IMG/VR virus record: IMGVR_UViG_3300048850_000121
Location: 1 to 36,153 of that record
From: a virus
Lineage: Duplodnaviria; Caudoviricetes
Strand: one strand, 5' to 3'
DNA length: 36,153 nucleotides
Shown: positions 34,614 to 36,153 of the stretch, piece by piece
Layout: each line of letters begins with the position of its first letter
Position numbering within the stretch: position 1 is the first letter of the stretch
Notes under the pieces: model-generated
Seen by the model: the letters and a program-made list of their open reading frames with translations, nothing else
What the model was told of the DNA's origin: nothing
The model's database searches: none
Program-made: the position numbers and the translations under genes

Positions 34614-35198
34614 ATGCCGATCTCACGAACACGCCCGGCGCGCGCCGGATCCGTGCGCGTTGCCGCCTGGCAGCGCCAGCGCCTTGGCGACGCCGACCGG
34701 CGCCGCATCATGGAAGCCGCCCGCCGGCTGGAGCGGCGTACCCACCAGCGCGGCATGCATGGCGGCGCCCTGCGCCGCACCGGCATCCTGGTGCTGTGGA
34801 CCCTGCTGTACCGCGGACCCTCGCGGCATGGCGTCTGCGACCCATCCATCGGCCAGCTGGCGGAATGGTCCGGCGTCGCGCGATCGACGGTGCAGCTCGC
34901 CATCGCCCGCATTGAGGCCGCCGGCATCATGGGGCACGTGCGGCGCGGCATAGTCGTGACGGTACGAGGCGCGGCGAAATGGGCCCAGTGGACCAGCGCC
35001 TATCTGTTCGCGTCGCCCAGCTGCTGGTGCGATACCGAGGGTCGGTCACCCGAAGTTTCTATGAAGAAAAAGAAGGCTCAGGAGAGGCAGGAGGAAGGGC
35101 AGGGAAGTGCCATGACGGCGGCCGAGCGGGCTCTGCTGGCCGCAAAGTGGGGATTGGCTATCACAAACATGGAGGAGTTAGAAAATGCCACGGGCTAA
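34614..35198 (+). CDS. Plasmid-type replication initiator with winged HTH
   Basis: GGAGGAG RBS before ATG 34614; GGALRRTGILVLWTLL...GVCDPSIGQLAEWSGVARSTVQLAIARIEAAG...QWTSAY resembles alphaproteobacterial plasmid HTH Rep proteins; follows par genes. Confidence 0.65.
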   Translation: MPISRTRPARAGSVRVAAWQRQRLGDADRRRIMEAARRLERRTHQRGMHGGALRRTGILVLWTLLYRGPSRHGVCDPSIGQLAEWSGVARSTVQLAIARIEAAGIMGHVRRGIVVTVRGAAKWAQWTSAYLFASPSCWCDTEGRSPEVSMKKKKAQERQEEGQGSAMTAAERALLAAKWGLAITNMEELENATG

Positions 35199-35805
35199 GA
35201 ACAAAAAGGAAATCCGTGAGATTCCGGTCGAGCAGCTGATTGCTGCGATGATCCGATACTTTACTAAAACGGAAAAGTTCAGGGGAAAATATATGCGAGC
35301 ACAGGAGTGGCTCGTGAAGAACTGGGGCGTAGATTGCGAGGAAAAGATAAGGCTAGAGCACCAACATCGGAGAGCGAACAACATACCATCAGACCCATTC
35401 TGGGTAACGACTGCAGGATTTATCACTGATTTGCAGTTGTATTTTGATTATTGGGCGGCATCATTATTTGTTTCTCTCGAAGGCTACCACGAAGTTACAA
35501 CTCGCGAAGGTGCCCTGAAGGAGCCTGCAATCAGCAAGGTGCTCAACAGCGAATTTACAGGCGAGCTTAAAGATTACCGCGACTTGGTCTCACACTTCGA
35601 TGGGGAACTATTTAGTGCGGAAAACCAATCTCTTTTAACCAAACCTGGAGCAATGAAATGGATGCTTCATCTTCACGACGCATTCCATGAGTTCTTTAAT
35701 GTTAGGGTCGAAAGATACTACGCCGAAACGGGTTTGCCTGATCCAATGGAACAACTTCGGGCTGCACTAGCTGAAGCAGCGGCCGATCAGCAGCGTTCCA
35801 GCTGA
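35185..35805 (+). CDS. Low-GC helical protein with HEPN-like RxxxxH motif
   Basis: GGAGG RBS; YWAASLFVSLEGY and LKDYRDLVSHF. Confidence 0.6.
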   Translation: MPRAKNKKEIREIPVEQLIAAMIRYFTKTEKFRGKYMRAQEWLVKNWGVDCEEKIRLEHQHRRANNIPSDPFWVTTAGFITDLQLYFDYWAASLFVSLEGYHEVTTREGALKEPAISKVLNSEFTGELKDYRDLVSHFDGELFSAENQSLLTKPGAMKWMLHLHDAFHEFFNVRVERYYAETGLPDPMEQLRAALAEAAADQQRSS

Positions 35806-35873
35806 CAGCATCGTGAGGACCCTTTCTACATTGGCACGAGCCCCACCATGGGCGCGGCACGGTCTGGTGGTCG

Positions 35874-36153
35874 GGTAATCCCCCCATTTTCCATGGGGTC
35901 GAGAAGTAGAGCTACGCAGCCATGGCCAGCCGCTGTTTCGGGGTGAAGCCGCCCAAGGCCATGTTTGGGCGGTCATGATTGTAGGACCACATCCAACGCG
36001 TCGCGTAGTCCTGCATGTCCGCAAGCCTGTCAAACTCATACTGCGCCAGCCATTCGTAGCGCACAGTTCGGTTGAAGCGCTCGACATACGCATTCTGCTG
36101 TGGCTTGCCGGGTTGGATGAAGTCGATCCTGATGCACCGCTTCTCCGCCCATC
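35874..36153 (-). mobile_element. IS3-family insertion sequence, right end (truncated by window)
   Basis: Terminal-repeat-like GGTAATCCCCCCATTTT just beyond the transposase stop. Confidence 0.85.
35912..36153 (-). CDS. IS3-family transposase OrfB, C-terminal fragment
   Basis: WAEKRCIRIDFIQPGKPQQNAYVERFNRTVRYEWL...YNHDRPNMALGGFTPKQRLAMAA*. Confidence 0.93.
   Translation of the reverse strand, partial: WAEKRCIRIDFIQPGKPQQNAYVERFNRTVRYEWLAQYEFDRLADMQDYATRWMWSYNHDRPNMALGGFTPKQRLAMAA

Larger units (their letters stand above)
1..35805. mobile_element. Lambda-like temperate phage, probably a phage-plasmid (partial: lysis genes and left end not in window)
   Basis: Contiguous lambda-type gene order terS-terL-W-portal-S49-D-E-connectors-tube-G/GT-TMP-tip on the minus strand; divergent cro/cI; early operon ending in parA-RHH-rep; no integrase seen. 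Confidence 0.9.

Noticed and set aside
1-36153. Integrase, att sites, tRNA/rRNA or lysis genes
   Set aside because: No recombinase, endolysin/holin or structural RNA signature recognised; they may lie outside the window.

Overview
Almost the whole window is one temperate, lambda-like (cos/GpA-terminase, long non-contractile tail) phage genome segment from a high-GC alphaproteobacterium. Acetobacteraceae/Roseomonas-like is my inference from gene style. On the minus strand (1-25.9 kb) lie tail tip/fibre genes, tape measure, a G/GT tail-chaperone pair with a -1 frameshift signal, tail tube, head-tail connectors, capsid E, decoration D, S49 protease/scaffold, portal, gpW, both terminase subunits, a cosQ/cosN-like site, a late regulator, a 12-repeat GGAAC origin, a helicase and cro. 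On the plus strand lie a cI-like repressor flanked by GCCAG-N5-CTGGC operators and an early operon: three tiny unannotated membrane peptides, GcrA-like, ParB-like, MazG-like and an internal PEP-CTERM protein. No integrase is visible. Instead there is a plasmid-type maintenance module (parA, a ribbon-helix-helix gene, 8-bp centromere-like repeats, a probable antisense ctRNA and an HTH Rep), so the element looks like a phage-plasmid with two replicons. Three low-GC cargo genes (membrane-anchored moron, DUF2971-like, HEPN-like) are candidate exclusion/defence genes. The window ends inside an IS3-family transposase. All family calls are from motif recognition by eye, not database searches.
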